Notes under the pieces: generated by a model
The model's input: only the letters and a program-made list of their open reading frames with translations
What the model was told of the DNA's origin: nothing
The model's database searches: none
Position numbers and translations under genes: made by a program
Virus record (IMG/VR): IMGVR_UViG_3300026484_000341
Coordinates: 1 to 30,680 of that record
Strand: one strand, 5' to 3'
Source of the DNA: a virus
Lineage: Duplodnaviria; Caudoviricetes
Length of the DNA stretch: 30,680 nt
Part shown: positions 17,760 to 26,009 of the stretch, piece by piece
Layout: every line of letters starts with the position of its first letter
Position numbering within the stretch: the stretch's first letter is position 1

Positions 17760-20300
17760 CTAATTACCTCCCGTTGGTATCAATACTTTTTTATCACCAA
17801 TGGTGAAAAACTTAGCATCAAGTCCGCCATTAGTCCATGTTATTTCGATGCTGCCGTCTTCATTCGTTTTAAAGTTGTATATAACCTTGTCTTTTTCATC
17901 AATAGGTTTTTTTGATACATCTTTTACAAGAAAATCTTCGCTGTTCACATCTTCTATAATGCACTCTTGAAATTCCGGTTTTGTCTCAGTTGTTTCTACA
18001 TCATAATGGCAAACACCGTCATCATCTTTATAAGTTTTTGTGTACTTGTTCTCATAATATTCCATATAATGATTAGTGACTCTTTTAAGTGTAACATCTC
18101 GACTTTTCAGTGCAATATTATAAGATTTTGTATCTTCTGAATATTGTGCAGAAATAGAATATTTTATATATTTATGCTTATCAAAAGTAGATTGGCTGTA
18201 TGGATAATTAATTAATCCTGTTGTATAAATAAGTGCTGAACGCAATGCATCATCTGACTGCTGTTGTGCATTAGGATTTGATGTGTAAATATCTACATCA
18301 TTCTCGCCCCAGTTTATATTTTTTTCAATAAACAATACTGTCTTATTTGTACCTTCAATACTATTATCACCAAACATATACCAAACCGCTTTAGTTTCGT
18401 AATGATGTAGCGCATACATATCTGACTCATCCGGACATCTGTCTGTTGATGCTTTTGATGAACTTGATACCATTGTATCACCAGTATTTGCACAGTTAAA
18501 TCCGCTTCTCTCACCTCCTAAATTCAAATAAGCAATAATGTTAGGAGACTGCATAGCACCATGAAGAACATCTCTAAGTTTTTCGTAGAACTCAATCTGC
18601 ATAAAATCTTTAAGTGTCTTGTGATAGCCATTATTTACAATAGCTTCTGCTGCACCAAATATTTTAACAACCGCATCTCTATCTTTGCCAACAAACCCAT
18701 CATAGTTGAGCTTGTAGTAGTCATCTGAGTAGTAATCATCTAATCCATCATTGAGATTAAAAACCATTGTTTCAATAAAAGTCTTACTTTTTTCAACAAG
18801 CTCATAACAACTTCTTGTATCTCCATTGATTAGTTTAGGACTCTCGACACCTGTTCCGTACAAATGCACACCAAAACTAGGCACTTCAAGCTCTTCAATA
18901 TCTGAAAATAGTTTGTCAGGCAAAGTTACAGCATCACTCAATATCACTTTCGGAGCATCAACATAAGGCTTGACTTTTACATATTGAGCATAAGTACATT
19001 TCACATACACACCACGCTCATACACTGCTTCACCATCATAAAAAATCTGCGTGTTCGGATAATCTACAATATGCTCAGGATGAATAGTAAAATGAAATTC
19101 TCCTGTTTCAGGGTCAAGTCCTTTACTGAGTCTATCTCTCTTATCATTATCCGATGCAGCACATTTTCGATGATTAATTGACAAATTAGGATTATCAAAA
19201 ATTTCAAGACTGAGAAGATCATCACAAATTTCAAAGTTAAAAACAACTTCATCAAAAGCAATAGTAGATAAACTTCTCTTTATATTTTTAGATGCAAAGA
19301 AGTAATCATTTATATTTGATTGTGTGTACTCTGTATCTATTGCATAGTATTTCTCAAGTACATTTCCATCTTCATCAGAAAAAGAGAACTCTTTAAAATC
19401 ATCTACATAAATAGAGTTTATTGCGATAAGTACCTCTTTAATTTCAGAATAAGAATATCTACTGTTTGTAGCCTCAAGCTTTCTTTTCTCAACTCCATTT
19501 TCAATGTATTTAGAGATTTTAAACTCAAAAGCATTATCTTTATCAAAAAAAGAATATTTTGAAGTATCTACAGATGACAAGTTATCAAATTCATAAAACT
19601 TAGCCAGTATGATTGACTTCATCATGTTTTCATAAGTTGAAACTTTAGAGTGCGATGCATCAATAAACCCAAGATCAGAAATGTTTTTACCAAAGTTTTC
19701 TGTATCTTCTGAATTGTAATAAAACCCAATATCTTTTTTAGCATTTACAACTTTATTTACTTTTTCAAGTTTTTCAATAAAGGCGTTTGACAGATCATTG
19801 TCTGCATCAAAAAAGCTTATATTGCTATTTCCATTTTCATCAAGATTAATATCAATTTGTCTTGATAAAGAAAGTTTAGCTTTTTTTCCATCCACCACTC
19901 TTTTAATCAAGTGCATATCAACAAGATTTACAAACTTTTTATATGCTGCAAACTTATCATTAAATGAATTGTCTTTTACAATAATAAGCTTATCTTTATC
20001 ATCCTCATTGAGGCATAAATAGCACTCTTCTTCATTCGTTAAAAAAACAATATCAAGATAAACAGACACAGGATATTTTGAGTTGCTTTCACTGTCTAAG
20101 TGATCTGTATTGTCGTATAGTTTAAGCTTGTTCGTTTTTACCTTTGCATCAATGTTTTCTGTATCGCAGATATAAGATAGCTCAACTTTTCCACTATCAA
20201 AATCAATATCAACATGATACTTTTTACCACCTACAATGTACTCACCGCTTTGTGTGAGTACAATAGTTTCACCATTTTTGAATAATGTGATTTTTCTCAT
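17760..20300 (-). CDS. Putative tail / host-recognition protein
   Basis: 846 aa, acidic, Tyr/Asp/Asn-rich, in the tail region; no family recognised. Confidence 0.5.
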   Translation of the reverse strand: MRKITLFKNGETIVLTQSGEYIVGGKKYHVDIDFDSGKVELSYICDTENIDAKVKTNKLKLYDNTDHLDSESNSKYPVSVYLDIVFLTNEEECYLCLNEDDKDKLIIVKDNSFNDKFAAYKKFVNLVDMHLIKRVVDGKKAKLSLSRQIDINLDENGNSNISFFDADNDLSNAFIEKLEKVNKVVNAKKDIGFYYNSEDTENFGKNISDLGFIDASHSKVSTYENMMKSIILAKFYEFDNLSSVDTSKYSFFDKDNAFEFKISKYIENGVEKRKLEATNSRYSYSEIKEVLIAINSIYVDDFKEFSFSDEDGNVLEKYYAIDTEYTQSNINDYFFASKNIKRSLSTIAFDEVVFNFEICDDLLSLEIFDNPNLSINHRKCAASDNDKRDRLSKGLDPETGEFHFTIHPEHIVDYPNTQIFYDGEAVYERGVYVKCTYAQYVKVKPYVDAPKVILSDAVTLPDKLFSDIEELEVPSFGVHLYGTGVESPKLINGDTRSCYELVEKSKTFIETMVFNLNDGLDDYYSDDYYKLNYDGFVGKDRDAVVKIFGAAEAIVNNGYHKTLKDFMQIEFYEKLRDVLHGAMQSPNIIAYLNLGGERSGFNCANTGDTMVSSSSKASTDRCPDESDMYALHHYETKAVWYMFGDNSIEGTNKTVLFIEKNINWGENDVDIYTSNPNAQQQSDDALRSALIYTTGLINYPYSQSTFDKHKYIKYSISAQYSEDTKSYNIALKSRDVTLKRVTNHYMEYYENKYTKTYKDDDGVCHYDVETTETKPEFQECIIEDVNSEDFLVKDVSKKPIDEKDKVIYNFKTNEDGSIEITWTNGGLDAKFFTIGDKKVLIPTGGN

Positions 20301-20309
20301 TACTTCAAC

Positions 20310-20885
20310 CTATGTAATTTTAAGTTCGATTGTGTAATCCGTACCATCAAGTAAAGAAGTATCATAATCAAGAACATAAGCGTTTTTGTTTGCGTTGTAA
20401 GTAAGATTTGTTACAATCTCATCACCATTTAAGGCAATAATGCTTACCTGTATCTTTTGAAGCACTTTTGAAGTTATTGAAGTGATAAAGTCAGCATCAG
20501 ACAAAAGACTAGACTTTATATCAGTTTCACTTGGGATAGACTCAGACAAGCTGCTGATACCTGATGATAGCTTCTTTTCTACCGAGCTTATTTTCTCATC
20601 AATAGCATCAAGATCTTCTTGCTTCATCTGCCCTGCTACTTCTTTCATAACAGTAACACCATTTTGCTTCTCTACAACAACCAAAGAACTTCCGAAAACT
20701 ACATTTACATCATTTTCATAGCTTTCTCCAAAGTTTGATAGTAAAAGATTTTTCAAGTCTTTTTCGCCTAAATTTTGGTTATCAATTACAAAGTTGATTT
20801 TCTTATTTGTAGCGGATGATAAATCAATACCACCCTCTACATAACCACCCTCTACATAACCATTTACTACATAATTGTTTGGCAT
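20310..20885 (-). CDS. Hypothetical virion protein with N-terminal YVxxG repeats
   Basis: 'NYVVNGYVEGGYVEGG' encoded by a 15-bp tandem repeat at about 20829-20873; central coiled coil. Confidence 0.55.
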   Translation of the reverse strand: MPNNYVVNGYVEGGYVEGGIDLSSATNKKINFVIDNQNLGEKDLKNLLLSNFGESYENDVNVVFGSSLVVVEKQNGVTVMKEVAGQMKQEDLDAIDEKISSVEKKLSSGISSLSESIPSETDIKSSLLSDADFITSITSKVLQKIQVSIIALNGDEIVTNLTYNANKNAYVLDYDTSLLDGTDYTIELKIT

Positions 20886-20920
20886 ATTTTTTCCTTAATT
20901 TTTTAAGTTTTTTGCTAAAT

Positions 20921-21493
20921 TTATGATAGCATTTCTTCTACTTGAACGATCTCATACGATAAATCAGTGTTTGGATAAATTCCATTGTTTTTAACTTTAT
21001 CAAAAAAGACAACTTTTGCATTAAAAAGTTTATTGTCTGCAATATCTGCTCCAACCATATATTTTACACCTGTACCTGTTGGCTCACTTTCTAAATATAA
21101 TTCCGTGTTTGTGTCTATCCAAAAGCTACCATCTTCCTCGGTTCTTGCATAAATAAAAGCTTGATAAGATACATTGCGTGGTACATTTTCATTATTTTCT
21201 CCCGCCACCTCTGAATATTCGTTATATTCAACATAACCGATAGGATAATTGCTATCCACGATGTCAATATTTTTCATTGCCTCTACTTGTTCATTAGTGA
21301 GTGTAAAAACCGTTACTGCAAAAAATTCTTTAACTTCTGAATTTTCATCATTTGTATGTGCAAGTAAAATACTTTTTCCTGTATTTTCTGCAAGTGCCTC
21401 AAAGTTTCCATCAAGCTCACCGTGTGTTAATTCAACTGTTTTGTTTTTTCTGAGTGTTAATTCTGTTTTGTAAGTTTGCTCTAAAATAGCCAT
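20921..21493 (-). CDS. Fibre/appendage protein with phage N-terminal attachment motif
   Basis: 'LTLRKNK..ELTHGELDGNFEAL' matches the L.LR..K...LT..E.D.NF motif common at phage fibre N-termini. Confidence 0.6.
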   Translation of the reverse strand: MAILEQTYKTELTLRKNKTVELTHGELDGNFEALAENTGKSILLAHTNDENSEVKEFFAVTVFTLTNEQVEAMKNIDIVDSNYPIGYVEYNEYSEVAGENNENVPRNVSYQAFIYARTEEDGSFWIDTNTELYLESEPTGTGVKYMVGADIADNKLFNAKVVFFDKVKNNGIYPNTDLSYEIVQVEEMLS

Positions 21494-21510
21494 TTTTTGT
21501 CCTTTTCTTA

Positions 21511-21888
21511 TTAAATTACTACCGCTGTAGTCTCAGCGTCTTGTTGCTCTAAAGCCACAATTCTGTCTGTATGCTCAACTAAAGTTTCTTCTACCACATT
21601 CAACTCTTCTTCTTTTGCAAACTTACTTGTATCGAGTATTTCAAACTCTAATGTCGTAAGATCATACTTGTCTGCGCACGCATCAGAGAACACACGATAA
21701 ATATTACCGGTGCGACTATCAAAAATATCACCGAAAAAGTAGTCTTTGTATGTTCCATCTGAATTTTTGTTGCTGCTTGCTTCTTGAAAAGTATTGTTTA
21801 GCCAGTTCTTCGTCCAGTCTTTAGCACCTTGAACTGTAATTGTTGAAGTAGGTCTGATAACGACTTCTTTTTTATATAAACCTGCCAT
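21511..21888 (-). CDS. Hypothetical virion protein
   Basis: 125 aa with a short C-terminal coiled coil 'VEHTDRIVALEQ'. Confidence 0.55.
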   Translation of the reverse strand: MAGLYKKEVVIRPTSTITVQGAKDWTKNWLNNTFQEASSNKNSDGTYKDYFFGDIFDSRTGNIYRVFSDACADKYDLTTLEFEILDTSKFAKEEELNVVEETLVEHTDRIVALEQQDAETTAVVI

Positions 21889-21909
21889 ATATAACCCTTT
21901 TAAATAGAT

Positions 21910-21932
21910 GCAGAAGGCAAAAGCCTCTCTGC
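21910..21932 (-). terminator. Hairpin downstream of the coiled-coil fibre gene (weak terminator or mRNA stabiliser)
   Basis: Minus strand GCAGAGAGGC-TTTT-GCCTTCTGC; poor U-tract. Confidence 0.45.
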
Positions 21933-21946
21933 TAATAGTGTTGCAG

Positions 21947-22924
21947 TTAGATTACTGCACCATCTCCGTCACCGCCAGATGCTCCACCTGCACAATCTCT
22001 TGACGCAAGTCCTAAAGATGCACGAAATTTATTGCCAATACCGCAAATATCCATAGAAGATGCTTTTAGATCTCTTGCATCTGAGTATGCTTTCAGCTCT
22101 TCTACTGCTTGCTCCAACTCATGAACGCGCTTTGTTTCATTCGCATCTACTTTTGCCTCAACATCAGATAAACGAGTAACTACGCCCTTAACAAGATTTC
22201 CATCTTCATCTGTTGTATCATTTAGTGTTTTTTCAACACCGGTTACACGCTCATCAAGACCGGCTACTGTTGCAGCAGTATCACCCGTGATAGCTTCGAT
22301 TTTTTCATCTGTGTAAGCTTTTGCAGTGTCGATAGCTTCTGTTTTAGCAGTTGAAATTGCTACATTTGTACGAGCTGCCTCATCTGCTATTGACTTAGCA
22401 ATAGATCCATCTACAGTCTCATCACCAGTAAGTGTCTCAAGTGTACCCTCAACTCCAGATAAGCGATTTTCAACATCTACATTAACTGCATCCTGAGCTT
22501 CTTTTAGTTCATTTGCTTTTGATGCAATACTTGTAATTGCAGCTTCATTGGACGCTATTCTGTTTGCATTTGAAGTGATTTGTGATTGTAGAGCTTCCTC
22601 CGCTGCTGTAGCACGAGTGACTTCATCTAAGATAGCCTGCTTGTTTTCAAGAATTTTTCCGAGAATGTTTTGGATTGCACCATTTTCATCTGAAATAACT
22701 GCATTGATCGCTGCAATTTTCTCAGCTAACGACTCAGCACCATTGTCTGCATCAAGCTCTGTAATAGCCGTGATTTGTGCTTGTAAGTTTGCTTCCGCTG
22801 CTTGAAGTTCTGCAACTGTTGCATAACCCAATGACTCCACATACTCCTTGACGGATAAACCCATCTCTGAGGCTAAGTCTTGCAATGCCTGTTCTAGTTC
22901 GTCTGTTGTTACATTATCTGCCAT
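21947..22924 (-). CDS. Acidic coiled-coil fibre (whisker / head-fibre-like)
   Basis: 325 aa, Ala/Glu/Thr-rich heptads; 'EVTRATAAEEALQ', 'GSIAKSIAD', 'AKAYTD' motifs of phage fibres. Confidence 0.65.
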   Translation of the reverse strand: MADNVTTDELEQALQDLASEMGLSVKEYVESLGYATVAELQAAEANLQAQITAITELDADNGAESLAEKIAAINAVISDENGAIQNILGKILENKQAILDEVTRATAAEEALQSQITSNANRIASNEAAITSIASKANELKEAQDAVNVDVENRLSGVEGTLETLTGDETVDGSIAKSIADEAARTNVAISTAKTEAIDTAKAYTDEKIEAITGDTAATVAGLDERVTGVEKTLNDTTDEDGNLVKGVVTRLSDVEAKVDANETKRVHELEQAVEELKAYSDARDLKASSMDICGIGNKFRASLGLASRDCAGGASGGDGDGAVI

Positions 22925-22930
22925 AATATA

Positions 22931-22948
22931 ACTCCTTTTGTATTGATT
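22931..22948 (-). repeat. 18-bp translation-initiation repeat, copy B
   Basis: Identical to 16181-16198; preceded on the mRNA by small hairpins at 22951-22989. Confidence 0.7.
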
Positions 22949-22995
22949 TTATTGTTTGAGCGTGGCTCACAATAATGCTACTTGTAGCACTATAA

Positions 22996-23163
22996 TCAGC
23001 TATCTCTTGGATGCAAACCTAAATGTTTTCTAAGTGTATCTTTAGCAGGTTTTACATTAACAGGCTTCGTAGTATCAAGATACTCTTTGATAGATATACC
23101 CATTTCAATAGCAAGTTTTTCAAGTGCTTTTTCAAGTTCTTTCGTGGTTATTGTTTTAGACAT
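22996..23163 (-). CDS. 55-aa mini-paralog of the adjacent fibre protein
   Basis: ATG at 23163 overlaps the upstream stop; the N- and C-terminal segments align with both ends of 21947..22924. Confidence 0.7.
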   Translation of the reverse strand: MSKTITTKELEKALEKLAIEMGISIKEYLDTTKPVNVKPAKDTLRKHLGLHPRDS

Positions 23164-23335
23164 TAAAAAGTCTTTTAAGCTCAGTAAACAAAACAAGAAA
23201 AAGTATAGTAGCTTGAACAGATAGGAATATTCTTTCTGCTATTTTTCTATTGTTTTTTTTGATCTCTACTGATATTTTTTCCTCAATATCTTCACCCATT
23301 TTCTCAACAAGTTTTTCAACTTCTTTTTCAGTCAC
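23156..23335 (-). CDS. 59-aa protein with C-terminal hydrophobic helix (absent from the ORF track)
   Basis: GTG start with AAGGG SD; MTEKEVEKLVEKMGEDIEEKISVEIKKNNRKIAERIFLSVQATILFLVLFTELKRLFNV*; fills the gap exactly. Confidence 0.6.
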   Translation of the reverse strand: MTEKEVEKLVEKMGEDIEEKISVEIKKNNRKIAERIFLSVQATILFLVLFTELKRLFNV

Positions 23336-23352
23336 GCTAAACCCTTGTTAAA

Positions 23353-23778
23353 TCAAACTTCATACTGTGAAAAATCTACACTGTTGCTTTGATAAATGCT
23401 AACTATTGATTGTGCCTGCTTTGCATAATCAACATTCTTTTTATTCGTTAAATAACTGCACATATAATAGATTACAGCCTGCGTAAGCTCTTCATCAATG
23501 TCTATCTTCGCATTATCATCAATGCTTACAATGGGCTCTCTTATATACCAATGGTTATAGACTTCATCAATATCATTGTAAGTGCTGTATATTCTACGAA
23601 AAACATCTGTTTTTGTGTCATCATAAGAAGACACTAAATGAGATGGAATACATCGAAGCATTACATCTCTAAGTGCCATTTTGAGATAAGTATCATCAGA
23701 TGTTAAGAACTCTTCTGCTTTGGAGTTATCACCCCTTAGCAGTCCAACAACTGATTTCTTTACCTCTGAGTAAGTCAT
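23353..23778 (-). CDS. Putative head-tail adaptor / connector
   Basis: 141 aa, helical, directly after the capsid gene; called from position and size. Confidence 0.5.
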   Translation of the reverse strand: MTYSEVKKSVVGLLRGDNSKAEEFLTSDDTYLKMALRDVMLRCIPSHLVSSYDDTKTDVFRRIYSTYNDIDEVYNHWYIREPIVSIDDNAKIDIDEELTQAVIYYMCSYLTNKKNVDYAKQAQSIVSIYQSNSVDFSQYEV

Positions 23779-23781
23779 GGA

Positions 23782-24720
23782 CTATTTCCACCCTTTTGCA
23801 GATGCGAACATATCCCCGTTTTTAACCTCTAAAGTAAGGTCAGAATAGTAACGACCATATTTTGCAGTTTTAGATGTTGGTACTTCTGAGAAACTCGTTT
23901 GAGATACATACATAGCTCTTGCCTCTTTGAATTTACCTGCAAGCATCTTATCTTTGAGCTTGTCTCCTGCAAAGTGTCTGTGTAGTTGAAACTCTACCTC
24001 TCCAAAGTCTGTTACAATTCTTGTTACTGTTGGATCGATTTTTCCGTTAGTTGGCTGATTGTACTTAACGATGTAATCTTTACACGCTTGATTTACTTTT
24101 TGTTTTAGCTTAGAGCCTAAAAGGATTTTAAAAGTATCATCTTCCATAGCTCCACGCTCCCAAAGAGGTTCTAAGAACTTATGCAGCTCATCAAGTGAAA
24201 AATCAACAAAACTTGCTTCATCTGATGGATCATAACCATCAACTGTATATTTTTGCTCATCAGGTACAAAGTAGAACAGTCCTGCCATTCTTGGTGCTTT
24301 GGTTGCTGTTGCAACAACTGGTGCAGCTTCAATACTTGAATTACCCAAACCTAAAAGTGCATACTCAATATCTTTAAGATGCTCTTTACCTTTTTTACCG
24401 ACTTGATAAGCCCACTCTTTACCACCGTACTGGCTCATCTCCATTTGACGCTTAGTTACACCAACCTCATTTTTAATGATTTGTGCGACATTCGTGTTTT
24501 TTGTTTTTGTTGGTACTGTGTTTTCATCAAGGTCTGATAACTCTAGATTTGCATTGTCTTTTGCATCTGCATATCTGTCATTGATCCAACTATGCTGCGG
24601 TGCTGAGATGCTACCTGTTCCAATCATTTGGATAATAGGTGCAGTTGCTACACCCTGCTTGATAATCGCATCGACTATCGACGGCTTCTGCGTTAATGCT
24701 GTGTTTAATGTTGTTAGCAT
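23782..24720 (-). CDS. Major capsid protein (SU10-MCP / DUF5309-like)
   Basis: 'TAPIIQMIG....HSWIND', 'NVAQII...V.V', 'EHLKDIEYALL', 'PRMAGL', 'TDFGEV', 'DLTLEVKN'. Confidence 0.88.
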   Translation of the reverse strand: MLTTLNTALTQKPSIVDAIIKQGVATAPIIQMIGTGSISAPQHSWINDRYADAKDNANLELSDLDENTVPTKTKNTNVAQIIKNEVGVTKRQMEMSQYGGKEWAYQVGKKGKEHLKDIEYALLGLGNSSIEAAPVVATATKAPRMAGLFYFVPDEQKYTVDGYDPSDEASFVDFSLDELHKFLEPLWERGAMEDDTFKILLGSKLKQKVNQACKDYIVKYNQPTNGKIDPTVTRIVTDFGEVEFQLHRHFAGDKLKDKMLAGKFKEARAMYVSQTSFSEVPTSKTAKYGRYYSDLTLEVKNGDMFASAKGWK

Positions 24721-24755
24721 TGTATTTTCCTCTCTCTTGTTTTTGTGATGCGAGT

Positions 24756-24787
24756 ATTGTTACAAAAATAGATTTTCAAAATAAGAG
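24756..24787 (-). promoter_or_regulatory. Late promoter motif, copy 3
   Basis: Minus strand CTCTTATTTTGAAAATCTATTTT-TGT-AACAAT upstream of the capsid gene; same spacing as copies 1 and 2. Confidence 0.7.
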
Positions 24788-24806
24788 GGTTTTGTGAGAT
24801 GTGTGT

Positions 24807-24853
24807 AAAAATATAAAAAATCTCACATAGCCAATTATAAAGGCTTGTGAGAT
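24807..24853 (-). terminator. Intrinsic terminator after the scaffold gene
   Basis: Minus strand ATCTCACA-AGCC-tttataatt-GGCT-a-TGTGAGAT followed by TTTTTATATTTTT. Confidence 0.6.
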
Positions 24854-24867
24854 GTGTAAAATGAGTG

Positions 24868-25380
24868 TTACTCTTTTGATGCACCTAAGATAAAATCACC
24901 TAAGTCAATCTCGGATGCCGTACCTTTTTCAACTTTTTTATTGAAATCACTGCTTTCATTTCCTCCACTGCTTCCGCTGTCTGTAATCTCATCTGGCTTC
25001 TCTTCTGGTTGCATAGAACTCTTTACCTTTGCAAACAACATATCAAGACCATCTGGGTCAGCTTTCAGTGCCTCTGCTATTTGTGGCTTTGTCTCTGCAA
25101 GCTTCTCTAACTCTTTTTGTACTAAAGTAGGATCAATGTCATCATACTTCTTGCTAACCTCTTCAAAGACTGCTTTCTCTTTGCTCTCTTGCAACTGTGC
25201 TTTCATCGCTTGTAACTCCTGCTCATAAGCATCAAGACCTAAAGCCTCTTTTGCCATCTGAACTTCATCTACTGGTTGCTGTTGTTGTGCCGGTGCTTGC
25301 ATTTGCTGTTGTGCCTGCTGCTCTTGTTGCTGTTGCATCATCATCTCTTGTTGTTCTGGTGTAATCATAGGTGCTTCCAT
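24868..25380 (-). CDS. Capsid scaffolding protein
   Basis: 170 aa, acidic and helical with a poly-Gln N-terminus; immediately upstream of the MCP. Confidence 0.65.
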   Translation of the reverse strand: MEAPMITPEQQEMMMQQQQEQQAQQQMQAPAQQQQPVDEVQMAKEALGLDAYEQELQAMKAQLQESKEKAVFEEVSKKYDDIDPTLVQKELEKLAETKPQIAEALKADPDGLDMLFAKVKSSMQPEEKPDEITDSGSSGGNESSDFNKKVEKGTASEIDLGDFILGASKE

Positions 25381-25649
25381 TATTTTGTCTCCTCAGTTTT
25401 TTTAACTTCTTTTGTATCATTTTCATTGTTAGGTACTGCCATACCATCATCTGCTTTTTTCATAGGTACTGCATACTCATTAAGTATCACTTCACCTAGT
25501 GTATAGTCCTCTTCAAACTCATCTTTAGGCACTGAATACTGCTTGTGTGTCTTGTTTACATCTTGCAATAACACTTGATTACCACTTGCATCAATAACCT
25601 CTACTGCTGTAGTCTTTACAAACTTTTTACCTACTATTGCTGTTGCCAT
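25380..25649 (-). CDS. Hypothetical protein
   Basis: 89 aa, coupled within the head operon; 'VPKDEFEEDY' motif. Confidence 0.55.
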   Translation of the reverse strand: MATAIVGKKFVKTTAVEVIDASGNQVLLQDVNKTHKQYSVPKDEFEEDYTLGEVILNEYAVPMKKADDGMAVPNNENDTKEVKKTEETK

Positions 25650-25652
25650 TTT

Positions 25653-26009
25653 TTAACTCTCCATCTCTGATATTTCGCTACCGATGTTGTTAGCATCATC
25701 TTCAAGTTTGATTATCAAGTTATCCAAAACTTTCATAGCCAAACCAACGCCTTTCATTCTCTCTAATGCAAACTTTGCCTTATGTGCATCATCTGCTGTA
25801 TATGCCTCCGTAAAAGCACTCTGATATAAAGAGTTTAAATCATCCTCCATAAGCAAATAAACATCACTTGCTCTAACCTGCTTTGCTTCTTCAAGTATGC
25901 GTACTGTCTCACCTAGATTTCTCTTTAGGTCCGCTATGCTGCTATCTTCATTATCCATTACCTCCTCTGGTGTGATTTCTTCTTTTTTTGTTTGTTCATT
26001 ACCTATCAT
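25653..26009 (-). CDS. Hypothetical helical protein downstream of portal
   Basis: 118 aa; ATGA overlap with the portal stop; GGAGG SD. Confidence 0.6.
   Translation of the reverse strand: MIGNEQTKKEEITPEEVMDNEDSSIADLKRNLGETVRILEEAKQVRASDVYLLMEDDLNSLYQSAFTEAYTADDAHKAKFALERMKGVGLAMKVLDNLIIKLEDDANNIGSEISEMES

Noticed and set aside
23776-23784. Stop read-through fusing capsid to adaptor (TAG-TCC-ATG in frame)
   Set aside because: The adaptor has its own SD-like GGGGTGG in the capsid 3' end; in-frame spacing occurs one time in three by chance.
25260-25380. Poly-Gln low-complexity tract in the scaffold (and portal C-terminus)
   Set aside because: Common disordered termini with mixed codons; not a contingency repeat.
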